NCBI GenBank assembly: GCA_029939575.1
Contig: JAOZSR010000005.1
Location: forward strand, 9,997 to 73,996
Length of the DNA: 64,000 nt
From: Fidelibacterota bacterium
Lineage (GTDB): Bacteria; Fidelibacterota; UBA2242; JAOZSR01
Direction: 5' to 3'
In this document: piece by piece, positions 1 through 9,630 of the stretch
Layout of the letters: each line of letters begins with the position of its first letter
How positions within the stretch are numbered: position 1 is the first letter of the stretch
Made by a program: the position numbers and the translations under genes
Notes under the pieces: generated by a model
Told to the model about the DNA's origin: nothing
Databases searched by the model: none
The model's input: the letters and a program-made list of their open reading frames with translations, nothing else

Positions 1-1
1 T

Positions 2-451
2 CTTGCAACATCTGAAAGTGCAATTGAGCATGGAATCAGGGAGATTGAAAAAGATGGCAGAGAATTAAATATTATTGCCTTTTTACAATGTACCAGCCCA
101 TATCGTCCGGATAATAGTTTAGAAAAGGCGGTTAGTAAATTTATTCATGGGGATTTTGATTCTCTTCTCACAATATCCCCAACACATAGGTTTTTTTGGA
201 AAATAGATGGGAAGAAAGCAATTCCGGAATATGATTTTATAAACAGACCTCGTAGGCAGGATTTAAAAGCAGAAGATATTCGATATATTGAAAATGGATC
301 TTTTTATTTATTCACAAGGAAGCATTTTATGGAAACAGGGAATCGGTTGGGCGGTAAAATGGGATATTATATAATGGATGAAGAATATTCCCTGGAAATT
401 GATACTGAATTAGATTTTCAATTATTAGAAAAATTGGCGGCAAAGGAATGA
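2..451 (+). CDS. neuA: CMP-N-acylneuraminate/KDN cytidylyltransferase (NeuA/CMAS family), 5'-truncated by window edge
   Basis: Manually translated frame 2: LQCTSPYR, NRPRRQD, YIENGSFY, GGKMGY, EIDTELDF; stop TGA 449-451 overlaps the next ATG (ATGA). Confidence 0.9.
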   Translation, partial: LATSESAIEHGIREIEKDGRELNIIAFLQCTSPYRPDNSLEKAVSKFIHGDFDSLLTISPTHRFFWKIDGKKAIPEYDFINRPRRQDLKAEDIRYIENGSFYLFTRKHFMETGNRLGGKMGYYIMDEEYSLEIDTELDFQLLEKLAAKE

Positions 452-2418
452 TTAGTTTGAAATTAAAGAAATTAATTAATTTTATTCCCTATAGTTTTTT
501 GTATTTAGCAGGTGCTTTTATCTCTATGATAATCTTGATCGCCTTATGGAGAGTTGCATTCTTGATTTCATTATCCGATCAGTTAAGTATATCAGAATTT
601 TTCTTATATCTTAAAGCTTTTTATATTGCACTCAGGTTGGATGGAGTTATTACTGCATATTTAGTTGCACCTATATCATTAATAATTTTCCTGCCCTGGA
701 TAGGATGGAATTCCCGATACTTTAAATTATTTAGTTTAATATATTTCGGTCTGGCTTTTACTGTACTTAATACTCTCTATTTAATTGATATTAATTTTTA
801 TAAAGAATTTGGTAATCATTTAAATTTTCAACTTTTTCAACCCTGTGTCAGGCAACATGATACTATTGAATTTTTTTTGAAAGAATATCCGGTTTTTCTA
901 TTTCTATTCATTATTATTTTGACTTCCTTTGTTGCAATTTTTTCATTTAGAAAGATATATTTTAAAGTAAAAAATCATGATTCAAAATGGTGGACAAATC
1001 TTTTGTTTTTACCAATAACTCTTATTTTATTGGTAATATTTGCCAGGGGTGGTTTGCAGCAGCGACCAATAGATTGGGGACATGCAATGTTTTGCAAAAG
1101 TAACCCGGCAAATCAAATTGCTTTGAATGGAGTATTTCTGTTAGGTCGTTCCTATATTGAGTTACATTCTGAAAAAAAAATCAAAGAATCCTTAACCTAT
1201 TTTAATTATGAAAAAGCTAAAAAAATTGCCAATGATCTTAATGAAACCACAATTGAGCATAAAGTATTGTATGATATTAATAAAAATAATCAACTGAAAA
1301 ATCCGAATGTTATTCTGATTATTTTGGAGTCTCATGTCGGAGCCTATTGTGGATATATTAATCCTGCAATGAAAGATGTAACACCGGTACTTGATTCATT
1401 GGCTCATAATGGCATTGGATTTACAAGATGTTTTGGAAATGGAAGACGTTCGGCTCATGGTATAGGATCAATTTTATGTTCTTATCCGGTTTTACCGGGA
1501 TTTCCGATTATTTCCCAAATTGAGGCTCAGCGAAATATGAAAACCGGTGGCTCTGTTTTTAAGGAATATGGTTATGAAACAACTTTTTTATATGGCGGTG
1601 ATGCAGACTTTGATAATATGAAAGGTTTTTTGAAATCAAATGGATTTGATAATATCATAGAAGAGGCTGCTTTTACAGAAGGTACTCCGGGAACTATGTG
1701 GGGAGTATACGATCATTATGCTTTTGATAAACTCTTGTCCCTTATGGATAATGGGAAGGGAAGAAAACAATTTATTTCTTTGTTCACAACAACAAACCAT
1801 CAACCCTGGGAGGTTCCTCCATCCTATGAATCCATTGTTCCTCAATTTACGAAGAAAGATGTAGAAAGACCTAAAACTTTACGCACAATGAATTATGTTG
1901 ATTTGGCTATTAAAGAATTTATGAAAAAGGCAAGATTAAGAGATTGGTTTGAAAATACTGTATTTCTGTTTATTTCGGATCATGGCTTGAGAATATTTCA
2001 TGACATGCCAGAAGATCCCAGGAATGGGCATATAGCCTTTGTAATTTATTCACCTGCTTATATAAATAATCCAGTTATTATTCCCAATATTGTAAGTCAG
2101 GTTGATCTTTTACCGACTTTATTGCATTTAATCAATAAAAAACCTGAGCCTGAATTTTTAGGGAGAAATATGATAGTTGATAAAACCGGTTTTGCCTGTC
2201 GTGTATCAAATGATAATTGTATATGGATTGAAAAAAACAGTATTTATTATGAAGTATTAAATCAGAATAATTATCTCTTTAAGTATAATGATATCTATGA
2301 ATATCCATACCAGGAAATACCAAAATCTGATAGTTTGTTTTCCATTATGCAGACAAGGTTTCGGGGTTATATTCAGTCAGCATATTTTAATTTTAAAGAT
2401 AAGATTGTAAAAAATTAA
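448..2418 (+). CDS. LTA synthase family (LtaS/alkaline-phosphatase superfamily) membrane phosphotransferase
   Basis: About 5 N-terminal TM segments, then ILIILESH metal site, NGRRSAHG nucleophile loop, TTTNHQPW, FISDHG, SQVDLLPTLL. Confidence 0.85.
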   Translation: MISLKLKKLINFIPYSFLYLAGAFISMIILIALWRVAFLISLSDQLSISEFFLYLKAFYIALRLDGVITAYLVAPISLIIFLPWIGWNSRYFKLFSLIYFGLAFTVLNTLYLIDINFYKEFGNHLNFQLFQPCVRQHDTIEFFLKEYPVFLFLFIIILTSFVAIFSFRKIYFKVKNHDSKWWTNLLFLPITLILLVIFARGGLQQRPIDWGHAMFCKSNPANQIALNGVFLLGRSYIELHSEKKIKESLTYFNYEKAKKIANDLNETTIEHKVLYDINKNNQLKNPNVILIILESHVGAYCGYINPAMKDVTPVLDSLAHNGIGFTRCFGNGRRSAHGIGSILCSYPVLPGFPIISQIEAQRNMKTGGSVFKEYGYETTFLYGGDADFDNMKGFLKSNGFDNIIEEAAFTEGTPGTMWGVYDHYAFDKLLSLMDNGKGRKQFISLFTTTNHQPWEVPPSYESIVPQFTKKDVERPKTLRTMNYVDLAIKEFMKKARLRDWFENTVFLFISDHGLRIFHDMPEDPRNGHIAFVIYSPAYINNPVIIPNIVSQVDLLPTLLHLINKKPEPEFLGRNMIVDKTGFACRVSNDNCIWIEKNSIYYEVLNQNNYLFKYNDIYEYPYQEIPKSDSLFSIMQTRFRGYIQSAYFNFKDKIVKN

Positions 2419-2543
2419 TAATAAGAATGTTTGGAATTTATTTTTTTTAGTTTATTCATTAATGTATATTCAGGACAGTGTTTTTGAATAAGATATTTTA
2501 ATGTAAGTAAATAGGAAAATAAGAATAAGAGTGAGTTGTTAAT

Positions 2544-3596
2544 ATGAAAAAAAATATAAGAATTGGTACCAGAATTATCAGCGAAAATCATCCGGCATTA
2601 ATTATTGCTGAAATTGGTATTAATCATCAGGGCGATGTGAATATTGCCAAAGAGATGATAAAAACCGCAAAAGAGTGTGGCGTTGATGCAGTAAAATTTC
2701 AAAAAAGAACCACTAATAAAGTTTTAACAAAAAAGGCCCTCCAAAGAAACTATGAAAACCGTAACAGTTTTGGAAAAACTTATGGTGAACATAGAGAGGC
2801 TTTAGAACTTTCCTATGAAGAATATTATGTTCTAAAAGAATATGCAGATAATATTGGAATACTATTTTCTGCTTCAGGATGGGATGCCGAGAGTGTTGAT
2901 TTTTTAGATAAACTAGGAGTACCTTTTTTCAAAGTTGCTTCAGGAGATTTGACAAATCTACCATTAGTTGAACATACGGCAAGAAAGAACAAACCTCTTA
3001 TTTTATCAACCGGGATGGCTGACATTGAGACTATAAAAAAAGTATATGAAACTACTGTTAAAATTAATGATTCTGTTGCAATCATGCACTGCACTTCCAG
3101 TTATCCAACACCTTTTAATGAAATCAACTTAAATGTTCTCAGTACATTTCAGAAAGAATTTCCAAAAGTGATTATCGGCTATTCCGGGCATGAACTTGGA
3201 ATTGCCATTCCACCGGTTGCTGTAGCCCTTGGTGCTAAAATTATAGAAAGACATTTTACACTTGATCGTACAATGCGAGGTGGAGATCATGCTGCTTCCC
3301 TGGAGCCACAGGGATTATCAAAAATGGTGAGGGATATCAGGCATATCGAAGAGGCTATGGGGAGTTTTGAAAAGAGAATCCAGGCATCTGAATTGAGTGT
3401 AAAAAAGAAATTAACCAAGAGTATTGTTGCATCCCGGGATATCAAACGTGGCGAAAGTATAACAGCAGATATGATAATAACCAAAAGTCCTGGTGAGGGA
3501 ATTTCTCCTTTAAGAATTACTGAAATTATTGGTAAACAGGCAAAAAATGACATAGAAAATGATACTGTGATTTATGAGAGTGATATAAAGTGGTAA
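2544..3596 (+). CDS. neuB: N-acetylneuraminate(-9-phosphate)/KDN-9-P synthase family with C-terminal SAF/AFP-like domain
   Basis: IIAEIGINHQGD, VKFQKR, FKVASGDLTN, HCTSSYPT, GYSGHE, IERHFTLD, DHAASLEP. Confidence 0.93.
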   Translation: MKKNIRIGTRIISENHPALIIAEIGINHQGDVNIAKEMIKTAKECGVDAVKFQKRTTNKVLTKKALQRNYENRNSFGKTYGEHREALELSYEEYYVLKEYADNIGILFSASGWDAESVDFLDKLGVPFFKVASGDLTNLPLVEHTARKNKPLILSTGMADIETIKKVYETTVKINDSVAIMHCTSSYPTPFNEINLNVLSTFQKEFPKVIIGYSGHELGIAIPPVAVALGAKIIERHFTLDRTMRGGDHAASLEPQGLSKMVRDIRHIEEAMGSFEKRIQASELSVKKKLTKSIVASRDIKRGESITADMIITKSPGEGISPLRITEIIGKQAKNDIENDTVIYESDIKW

Positions 3597-4090
3597 GCCG
3601 GGAGTTGATTAAAAAAATTGCCGGGATAAAAGTAGTCGCTACTGATATAGATGGCGTTTGGACTGATGGTAAAATGTATTATTCAGCCGATGGCGAATTT
3701 ATGAAAGCTTTTTCCACTTACGATGGTTTTGGAGCAAATTTGCTTGAACAGGCCGGATTTCCAGTAATTATTCTCACTGGCGAAAATTCAATGCCGGTAA
3801 AAAGCAGGATGGAAAAACTGGGTCTGAAGCATGTGTATTTAGGTGTAAAAGATAAATTATCCCTGGCTCGGGAAATATGTAAAAAATTCAATGTTAATTT
3901 ATCAGAAGTAGCTTATATAGGTGATGATTTAAATGACCTTGAATTATTAGCTAACGTAGGATTTTCTGCTATGGTTCCCAATAGTCCGGTATTATCACAA
4001 TTCAAGCCCGATTATCAGATTAAAAGATTTGGAGGCAATGGTGCCTTTAGAGAATTTGCTGATTTAATCTTAAAATACAACAAAAAATAA
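3590..4090 (+). CDS. kdsC: KdsC-family HAD phosphatase (Kdo-8-P/KDN-9-P phosphatase)
   Basis: DIDGVWTDG, ILTGE, AYIGDDLND, GGNGAFREFADLI; GTG start overlaps the neuB stop. Confidence 0.9.
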   Translation: MVSRELIKKIAGIKVVATDIDGVWTDGKMYYSADGEFMKAFSTYDGFGANLLEQAGFPVIILTGENSMPVKSRMEKLGLKHVYLGVKDKLSLAREICKKFNVNLSEVAYIGDDLNDLELLANVGFSAMVPNSPVLSQFKPDYQIKRFGGNGAFREFADLILKYNKK

Positions 4091-4104
4091 CCTAATGACA
4101 TAAC

Positions 4105-5373
4105 ATGATTGGATATTTTTTATATAATATAATTCTCTTGATTTTATTTCCCTTTATATACATCGGTTTTATTTTTCATAATAAAGGGCGCGAGCATCTT
4201 TTACAGCAGTTGAAATCTATTCGTGATGCAAAAAAAATCATGATAGAAAAAAAGAATTCACGTAAAGTTGTTATTTTTCATGCTGCTTCAGCCGGGGAGT
4301 TTGAGCAAATAAAGCCAATTCTTAAGAGAATAGACCGAGATAAATATTTTTTATTGCAAACCTTTTATTCACCAACAATTTATAATAAAGAGAAAAATAC
4401 AATATTAGCTGATGCGATTTGTTATCATCCGTTGGATTTCATTTGGTCTGCGATTTATTTTTTTTGGGTTTTTAAGCCTGATTTTTTTATTATCACCAGG
4501 CATGATATATGGCCAAATCATCTCATTTTTGCCAAATTATTTGGAGCCCGAACTCATTTAATCAATGCCAATCTTCATAAAGAATCTCTGAGATTAATTA
4601 GTGGATTTAAAGAGTCTAACAAGTGGCTTTTTAGAAAGTTTGATTCTATTTTAACAGGCTCTGAGAGATTAAAAAATAATTTAATGAAAATAGTTCGAAA
4701 AGGTAAAATTGAGGTTTCCGGGGATTCCAGATTTGATCAGATTATTGATAGAATAGGTGACCGTAATTCTGACTGTTTTCCAAAAGATATTTATAATAGT
4801 CAGAATATTATCCTGGGAAGTATTATCCCCTCAGATTATAATGTGATTTTCCAAGGGATTAAGAAATTTTTCCCACAGGGTAAGAAGTCTTTAGCCGAGC
4901 AAAAAAGAAGAATCATAATAGTTCCCCATGAAATACGCCCTCTTCACCTGAAAAAGATAGAAAAGGAACTAAATAAAATAGATATGCAATATGCCTATTT
5001 TTCCGATATAAAAAATAAAATACCAGAAAATATTATTATTGTTGATTCCGTTGGAATATTAGCTGATTTGTATAAATATGGAGATGTAGCTTATGTAGGA
5101 GCCGGATTTGGGGCTGGTGTACATTCGGTTATAGAACCTGCTGTTCACAAATGTGTTGTGTCTTTTGGACCTAATATAAGCATATTGGATGAAGCGATTT
5201 CTATGCATGATTTGCAGATTGGAATAATGGTAAAAAATGGGGAAGATTTTTTTGAATTTTTAAAAATTTTAGATAATCCTGAAGAATTAACAAAATTGAA
5301 AGAACAAACAACAAATTTTATTGATAAAAATATAAATAATTCCAATCATATCATTTCATTAATATTTGGTTAA
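4105..5373 (+). CDS. waaA: 3-deoxy-D-manno-octulosonic acid (Kdo) transferase, GT30
   Basis: N-terminal TM anchor, FHAASAGEF, GDSRFDQ, IVPHE, DSVGILADLY, VHSVIEPA. Confidence 0.88.
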   Translation: MIGYFLYNIILLILFPFIYIGFIFHNKGREHLLQQLKSIRDAKKIMIEKKNSRKVVIFHAASAGEFEQIKPILKRIDRDKYFLLQTFYSPTIYNKEKNTILADAICYHPLDFIWSAIYFFWVFKPDFFIITRHDIWPNHLIFAKLFGARTHLINANLHKESLRLISGFKESNKWLFRKFDSILTGSERLKNNLMKIVRKGKIEVSGDSRFDQIIDRIGDRNSDCFPKDIYNSQNIILGSIIPSDYNVIFQGIKKFFPQGKKSLAEQKRRIIIVPHEIRPLHLKKIEKELNKIDMQYAYFSDIKNKIPENIIIVDSVGILADLYKYGDVAYVGAGFGAGVHSVIEPAVHKCVVSFGPNISILDEAISMHDLQIGIMVKNGEDFFEFLKILDNPEELTKLKEQTTNFIDKNINNSNHIISLIFG

Positions 5374-5386
5374 AATTAAATAGTAT

Positions 5387-6058
5387 ATGTCCGCAATATT
5401 GTTACAAAATATTCTGTTTTCTTACATTGAAAATATGCAAAATTCATCATTTAGGATGGATATCAATTTAGAAATTCCGATTGCAAAGTGGGTAACAATA
5501 ACTGGTGATTGCGGATCAGGTAAAACAACTTTAATAAAATTATTGGCAGGACTGCTTAAACCTGGGAAAGGTAATATTTTTTATCCGGATAATCTTAATA
5601 ATGATATAGGCTATATTTTTCAGAATCCAGATAATCAGTTTGTTCATTTTAATATTGAACGGGATGTTGCCTATAAACTTGAAAATCAAGGAATGAAATT
5701 TTCTTATATGCGACCAAAAGTAAAAAAATCTCTAGAAGAGGTAAATCTCTGGGAACGGAGGAATGATTCCCCTAACCAGCTTTCCGGAGGTCAAAAACAG
5801 CAGTTAGCTTTAGCCGGAATGTTAATTTCTGATCCACAGGTAGTAATTTTTGATGAACCTACATCGTTTCTTGACATTGTTGCCAGGCAAAAATTATTTC
5901 AGAAAACCCGTAAATTAGTTAATGAAAAACGTAGTGTCATTTGGTCAACTCATGAAGAAGATGTAATCCGGCAATCAGATTATGTTATTGAGTTGAAAGC
6001 CGGAAAGGTGAGCTTTGCAGGGAAAAGCAGAAAATATTTGTGTCGAAAAAATGTATGA
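5387..6058 (+). CDS. ecfA1: Energy-coupling factor transporter ATPase A1 (CbiO/EcfA family)
   Basis: GDCGSGKT, IFQNPDNQF, LSGGQKQ, FDEPT, STHE. Confidence 0.8.
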   Translation: MSAILLQNILFSYIENMQNSSFRMDINLEIPIAKWVTITGDCGSGKTTLIKLLAGLLKPGKGNIFYPDNLNNDIGYIFQNPDNQFVHFNIERDVAYKLENQGMKFSYMRPKVKKSLEEVNLWERRNDSPNQLSGGQKQQLALAGMLISDPQVVIFDEPTSFLDIVARQKLFQKTRKLVNEKRSVIWSTHEEDVIRQSDYVIELKAGKVSFAGKSRKYLCRKNV

Positions 6059-6780
6059 AAAATAATAAATATATATCAATCGAGAATTTGAAATTTCGCT
6101 ACTCAGGACAGAATGATTTCCGGCTTAATATTGAAAATTGTGAAATTGTGAGAGATAACATATTAGGAATATATGGATTAGCCGGTTCAGGAAAAACCAC
6201 ATTGGGTAAACTCATAGCCGGAATGTTGACTCCGGAATCCGGATCTGTTTTTTATCGGGAAAATGGGATTGATAGTTCAATTTCAGGGAAAAATATTATC
6301 TACTCGATGCAATTCCCTGAAAATATATTCCTGGGTATTACCATTTATGAAACTGTAGAGAAATTAGTCAAAAATCATGAAAAGGGATCTGAAATAGAAA
6401 TAGATCTGCAAACATATCTGAAATTTTTTGATGTTGATTACGATTTAATAAAAAAACGAAATGGATATGAATTAAGTTCGGGAGAGTTAAGACGTTTTGC
6501 CCTTTGTTTGAGCCTGGCATGCAGTCCGGATTTGCTGATTTTGGATGAACCGACAATTGCTTTAGGACAAAAAGGAAAGAGGCAATTACAGAATTTAATA
6601 TTAGATTTAACCAAAAAACAGCAGGTGGTAATAATATCCCATGATTTTGAATTACTTCGGGAATGTTGTGATTATTTTTGGATTATTGACAATGGGGAAA
6701 TTGTTTTTAAAGGAAAAATTCCACAAATTAGGAACAATATTGAGCTTTTGAAAAGAACAGGGTTAATATATTATTTTTAA
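6055..6780 (+). CDS. ecfA2: Energy-coupling factor transporter ATPase A2
   Basis: GLAGSGKT, QFPE, LSSGELRR, LDEPT, ISHD; ATG 6055 forms an ATGA overlap with ecfA1 (ORF track uses GTG 6040). Confidence 0.75.
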   Translation: MKNNKYISIENLKFRYSGQNDFRLNIENCEIVRDNILGIYGLAGSGKTTLGKLIAGMLTPESGSVFYRENGIDSSISGKNIIYSMQFPENIFLGITIYETVEKLVKNHEKGSEIEIDLQTYLKFFDVDYDLIKKRNGYELSSGELRRFALCLSLACSPDLLILDEPTIALGQKGKRQLQNLILDLTKKQQVVIISHDFELLRECCDYFWIIDNGEIVFKGKIPQIRNNIELLKRTGLIYYF

Positions 6781-6820
6781 AACAATAACTACTGGTTGAT
6801 AAATTTTATAAAGGAAATAA

Positions 6821-8332
6821 ATGACTAATAAAGTTAGAGAAAGATACGAGCAAATACCTGTGAACAGAGTGGTCACAGTATCAAATATTATTTCAATATT
6901 AAGAGCAGCACTTGCTTTGCCAATTGTATATTTTTTAATTGAATCTCAGGAATTAATTGCATTTATATTGATAATTATTGCTATTGTATCAGATATGCTG
7001 GATGGATGGTTAGCCAGAATAAGTAATGATATCACTGAATTGGGTAAAATGCTTGATCCTTTGGCTGATAAAATTGTTATTTTTAGCATAATGCTCTATC
7101 TGATTTTTACCGATGTAATGCCAGTTGAATTTTTTGGCTTTTTATTGCTGCGAGATTTAACAATATCCCTTTTGGGAATATATATGTTAAATAATCGAAA
7201 CGTTTCTCCCAAATCTAATAAGATGGGTAAAGTTTCGGTTATTTTTACTACTGCTACAACATTGGTTTATTTATATTCTGAAAAATTTCCCGGGATACAG
7301 CAGGTTCAGATTCCTTTGGTATATATTTCTATAGTATTTCTATCTATATCCTGGATACAATATTGCTATTCATATATTGGTTTTTTTCAAAGAAAAATAT
7401 CTGGAATAAAATCAAAAGATAAATATGATAGATTAGCCAAGGGCTTATCAAAAACCGAAACCAGTTTGGCTGCAAAACTCCCTCTATTTGGAAAATTTTT
7501 TACTGTTGACGAGACAATTTTGGATGATATTGAAGCAGCCTTGCTATCTGCTGATATTGGGGTTGATCTGACTGAAGAATTGATTAAAAAATTAAAACTG
7601 GTAAAAAAATCAGAATCAACCAGGTTAAATGATATTTTGAAAGATGAATTAAAAACATTAATAAAACCCAAACAACATGAAGTCCAAAATGTAAAACCCA
7701 GGGTTATTTTGATGGTTGGAGTAAATGGAACTGGAAAGACGACAAGTATTGGTAAATTGTCATCATTATTTACAAAGCAGGGTAAAAATGTTTTAATAGC
7801 GGCAGCTGATACATTTCGGGCGGCCGCCTATGACCAACTAAAAATTTGGTCTGTCAGATCGGGAGTTGAATTTTTAGGTAATCCCCAGGGAAAAGATCCG
7901 GCGGCTGTTGCCTTTGATGCTGCAAGGTCAGCAGTTGCAAAAAACAAGGATGTGCTGATAATCGATACAGCCGGCCGTTTACATACAAAGTCAAATCTGA
8001 TGCAGGAACTTGCTAAAATGAAAAAGGTAATAAAAAAGGTTATACCTGAAGCCCCACATGATGTTTGGCTGGTTCTGGATTCTACTATCGGACAAAATTC
8101 GATTCTTCAGGCTCAGGAATTTACAAAATCAGTTGGAGTTACCGGGCTAATATTAACAAAATTAGATGGAACTGCAAAAGGGGGTGTTGTATTGGCAATT
8201 CATAAAAAACTTAACATTCCTATATATTATCTTGGAGTTGGAGAGCAATTGGACGATATGGTAGAATTTGATTCGGAAAAATTTATTAATGCGTTGTTAG
8301 ATGAACATACAAAATTAGGATTTCAAAAATGA
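6821..8332 (+). CDS. ftsY: Fusion: CDP-alcohol phosphatidyltransferase (PgsA-like, about aa 1-190) plus SRP receptor FtsY NG domain
   Basis: DMLDGWLARISNDITELGKMLDPLAD motif with multiple TMs, then GLSKT, GVNGTGKTT, DTFRAAA, DTAGR, TKLDGTAKGG in one frame. Confidence 0.9.
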   Translation: MTNKVRERYEQIPVNRVVTVSNIISILRAALALPIVYFLIESQELIAFILIIIAIVSDMLDGWLARISNDITELGKMLDPLADKIVIFSIMLYLIFTDVMPVEFFGFLLLRDLTISLLGIYMLNNRNVSPKSNKMGKVSVIFTTATTLVYLYSEKFPGIQQVQIPLVYISIVFLSISWIQYCYSYIGFFQRKISGIKSKDKYDRLAKGLSKTETSLAAKLPLFGKFFTVDETILDDIEAALLSADIGVDLTEELIKKLKLVKKSESTRLNDILKDELKTLIKPKQHEVQNVKPRVILMVGVNGTGKTTSIGKLSSLFTKQGKNVLIAAADTFRAAAYDQLKIWSVRSGVEFLGNPQGKDPAAVAFDAARSAVAKNKDVLIIDTAGRLHTKSNLMQELAKMKKVIKKVIPEAPHDVWLVLDSTIGQNSILQAQEFTKSVGVTGLILTKLDGTAKGGVVLAIHKKLNIPIYYLGVGEQLDDMVEFDSEKFINALLDEHTKLGFQK

Positions 8333-9630
8333 GAAAATCCAGAGCAAAAACATTTTCCATAATTTCGCTGGGGTGTCCTAAGAATACAGTTGATTCAGAA
8401 GTAATAAAAGGAGGATTGATTCAATCAGGATTAGAATATAAAAAGGAAGATGATAATTCTGATGTTGTTGTAATAAATACTTGTGGTTTTCTGGAGTCAG
8501 CCCGCGAAGAATCTGTGCAGACCATTTTGAATACGATAGAAAGAAAGAAGACAGGAGATATTAAAAAAGTTGTAGTTATGGGATGTATGGCCGAAAGATA
8601 TGCTGATGAATTAAAGGCAAACCTGAAGGAAGTTGACAATATTTTTGGGGTTAATGATCATAACGAAATAATTAACCAGATTGCAGAAAATACAGGTAGA
8701 TGTTTTGAGATGAAAGATAGTCGTTCTTTATTAACCAGAGATCATTTTGCGTACTTAAAAATTGCCGAAGGTTGTGATAATAAATGTTCATTTTGCTCTA
8801 TTCCTTTGATGCGTGGTAATCAGAAAAGTCGCTCTTTTGATGATATTTTATCTGAAGCAAAATATTTACACAATATTGGAGTTAAAGAACTTCTTCTGAC
8901 AGCTCAGGACCTAACCAGGTATGGATCAGATTTGAAATCTGGTCAAGATTTATATAATTTATTAGATGAATTGCTGGCCCGGGAGTTGTTTCCCTGGGTT
9001 AGGCTTATGTATTCAAATCCGGCTTTTTGGGATGCCCGGTTAACAAAATTATTTGGTAAATATAAAAGTTTATGTCCTTATATTGATATTCCTGTTCAAC
9101 ACTCATCTGATAAAATCTTGAAAAGTATGCGAAGAGGAATTGACAGGCAGGGTACTATTATGAAATTGAAGCAAATAAGGAATGAAATTCCGGATGTTGT
9201 TCTTAGAACATCGGTGATAGTTGGATTTCCCGGTGAGAGTAACCAGGATTTTAATAATCTGTTGGATTTTATTGAGGAACTGAAATTTGAACGGCTTGGT
9301 GTGTTTACTTACTCAGAAGAAGAAGATACACACGCCATTACGTTGCAGCCAAAAATTTCTCAAAAAACAATGAATCAGAGAGAAGAGATGATAATGGATA
9401 TTCAATATGATATATCCTCTGAATTTGCCAAAAGTAAAATTGGACAAAAACTGGAAGTGCTGATAGAAGATCAAAAAGATGGTAATTATATTGGCAGAAC
9501 TGTATGGGATGCTCCTGAAATAGATTGTAATATAATCGTTAAAAGTGATAAAAAATTGAAATCCGGCAACTTTTACAATGTTCGGGTTACGAATGCACAA
9601 GAATTTGACTTAAAGGGTATTGTTGAATAA
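8329..9630 (+). CDS. rimO: Ribosomal protein S12 methylthiotransferase
   Basis: SLGCPKNTVDSE, INTCGF, radical SAM CDNKCSFC, GRTVWDAPEID TRAM domain. Confidence 0.93.
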   Translation: MRKSRAKTFSIISLGCPKNTVDSEVIKGGLIQSGLEYKKEDDNSDVVVINTCGFLESAREESVQTILNTIERKKTGDIKKVVVMGCMAERYADELKANLKEVDNIFGVNDHNEIINQIAENTGRCFEMKDSRSLLTRDHFAYLKIAEGCDNKCSFCSIPLMRGNQKSRSFDDILSEAKYLHNIGVKELLLTAQDLTRYGSDLKSGQDLYNLLDELLARELFPWVRLMYSNPAFWDARLTKLFGKYKSLCPYIDIPVQHSSDKILKSMRRGIDRQGTIMKLKQIRNEIPDVVLRTSVIVGFPGESNQDFNNLLDFIEELKFERLGVFTYSEEEDTHAITLQPKISQKTMNQREEMIMDIQYDISSEFAKSKIGQKLEVLIEDQKDGNYIGRTVWDAPEIDCNIIVKSDKKLKSGNFYNVRVTNAQEFDLKGIVE

